A DNA stretch of 64,000 bases, from contig NC_057717.1 of the NCBI RefSeq assembly GCF_004010195.1, positions 72,172,074 to 72,236,073 of the forward strand, in the 5' to 3' direction. Below, piece after piece: positions 61,989 through 64,000 of this stretch; the first letter of the stretch is position 1, and every line of letters begins with the position of its first letter. The DNA comes from Chiloscyllium plagiosum (lineage: Eukaryota). The translations under genes and the position numbers were made by a program. Below the pieces are notes generated by a model that had not been told where the DNA came from, did no database searches, and worked only from the letters and a program-made list of their open reading frames with translations.

Positions 61989-63359
61989 GTAAGTGCCACT
62001 GTCCAGATATTTTTTTCTATAAACCAGTTATGACTTTATAACTGTTATTTCATATAGTCTAAACTTCTTGCCACTATTATTTTTCCTGTTGAATCTCTGA
62101 ATCCAGATATTCACTCTACAGACCACTACTAACTACTTCAATGAACGTGTTTAATTACTGTCTCCCTCTCTGCTCTGGCAGTGTTACTCAAGGGTCTCTA
62201 TGTTGACATGCTCAGTTTCAGCGGAGAAGCACAATGTCTTTGTTATTTAAATATTAAGGGCATGGAGGTGACTGTCTAATGTTCTGGTTAGAAAGTCCAC
62301 TTCCTTCCACTGTTTCCATCCCATCCCTCGTGAATGTCTGTGGTTGAACCAGATAAGTCACAATTGTGAGTGATTCCTTTGACCATGAGCTGATTCCTGT
62401 CACCATGCCCTGACCATTTCTAACTTGAAATACTCACTACTCCAGAATATATCTCACTGGCTTATTACATCTGCTGTTTGAATCTTGTGCTATGAAATAA
62501 AGTCTTAATAAAGCAATTAAACTGCTGCTGACGCTCCGGCTTCAAACCTGCAGAAGCAAATCTGATTCGAAATTACAACAAACTCCCATCCATCTTTCGT
62601 TCATGTGCACCCGGATGTATATTGCTATTGTGACTGGCAATGCCTTTATTTTAACATTCTCAAATGCTTTATCTCATCTGTCCATGAAACTTCTCTCGTT
62701 CACTCGCAGTCGATTATCCAAAAGCCTGCCAGTTGTTCGTATATAAAATAGTTTCCTCCATGTGTATTCTTTCTCAAACACCAAATCTTCCCATTGTGGA
62801 GAGTAATCTGCTGCGAGTATAGTTAGCATATGATAGTAAAGTTTGCAATACTCTCCATGCTGGGCAGATAGTGCAGTTTACTAAGCAATACACTCGCATG
62901 GTCTGCACCGCCCTCCATGCAGGGCTGTCATCTTGTCCCACTTTATGTTGTTTGCGGTGTTCTGTGAAGCAGATTGAGAATTTGATGTGACAGACCATTT
63001 CGGGTGATCTGACAATGCCTTTATTTAATGTTCCCGTTTTTGTAATTTTACTCTCGAAGATCTCAGTTCTCCAATTAGTCCCCCTGCCCTGTATGTTTCC
63101 CGATATTTCCACAACATCAGCAAATTAACTGCCTGTTCCTGTCTGTAATGTGAATCTCTCTCTGTCCCTCTGCATCTTTCCCTGCCCTCGGTTTCTGGCT
63201 CCCTCGTGGATCGATTGCTGGCATTGTCGAGCTCAGAAATAATGAAGTGATGTGTGTCAGGCTGTTGTTCACTTCCCGGTGTGTCCCTATTGATGGTCCA
63301 TGGACAGGGGGGTTTCAGAAGCTTTGAGACACGTGTTTGTCACTTGGTCTGTACCTAGG

Positions 63360-64000
63360 TTTGAGTTGAAAAACGTGGTGCAGGAAAAACACAGCTGGCC
63401 AGGCAGCATCCGAGGAGCAGGAGAATCGACATTTTGGGCATAAACCCTTCTTCAAGAATGAGGCTGGTGTGCCAAGCGGGCTGAGATAAAAGGTTGGGGG
63501 GAGGGAATTTGGGGGAGGGGCGCTGGGAATACGATAGGTGGTGAGGATGATAGGCCGGAGAGGGGGTGGGGCAGAGAGGTCGGCAAGAAGATTGCAGGTC
63601 AAGAGGACGGTGCTGAATCCGACGGTTGGAACTGAGATAAGGTGGGGGGAGGGGAAATGAGGAAGCTGGATAAATCTCCATTCATCCCGTGTGGTTGGAG
63701 GGTTCCTAGGCGGAAGATGAAGCGCTCTTCCTCCAGGCGTCATGTGGCCAGTGTCTGGCGATGGAGGAGGCCAAGGACCTGCATGTCATTGACGGAGTGG
63801 GAGGGGGAGCTAAAGTGTTCCGCAACGGAGCGTTTGGGTTGTTTGCTGCGGGTGTCCCAGAGTTGTTCCCTGAAACGTTCCGCAAGTAGGCGGCCTGTTT
63901 CCCCAATTTAGAGGAGACCACATCAGGTGCAGCGGATACAGTAAATGATGTGTGTGGAGGTGCAGGTGAATTTGTGATGGGAGGCTCCGGATTTGTTGCA
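63360..64000 (-). mobile_element. Penelope-like element 3' portion: GIY-YIG endonuclease, 3' UTR and hammerhead-like core
   Basis: Minus strand gives YCIRCT*CGLL*IGETGRLLAERFREQLWDTR...EEERFIFRLGTLQPHGMN; ttgaagaagggtttatgcccaaaa core at ~63430-63455. Confidence 0.9.

Noticed and set aside
62550-63112. ORF 62774-63112 as a gene
   Set aside because: No recognisable domain; at most a heavily eroded ZNF-like relic.

Overview
Repeat-dense vertebrate DNA, most likely from a shark or other elasmobranch: it carries HE1-type SINEs, HER1/CR1 LINEs, shark-type C2H2 ZNF relics and a GPR139-like relic. There are four assembly gaps, and I found no intact protein-coding gene. The ORF track hides the main structure of the first ~38 kb, which is a decayed tRNA-gene cluster. 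It holds about 17 recognisable relics (Lys, Leu, Ala, Thr, intron-containing Ile-TAT, Asp, Glu, His, Arg-ACG). Between 23 and 38 kb they form repeated His(-)/Ile(+)/Arg(+)/Glu(-) units. Layered on top are CR1 LINEs (one near full length at 54.3-59.3 kb), a Gmr1-like Gypsy LTR element with integrase upstream of RT, and Penelope-like GIY-YIG fragments. There are also many small palindromic Penelope-derived inserts with hammerhead-like cores and 11-15 bp TSDs, several locally templated duplications, a ZNF pseudogene, and a frameshifted first exon of a GPR139/142-like receptor with a 42-bp coding minisatellite. All alignments were made by eye against remembered consensus sequences, so TE boundaries are approximate.
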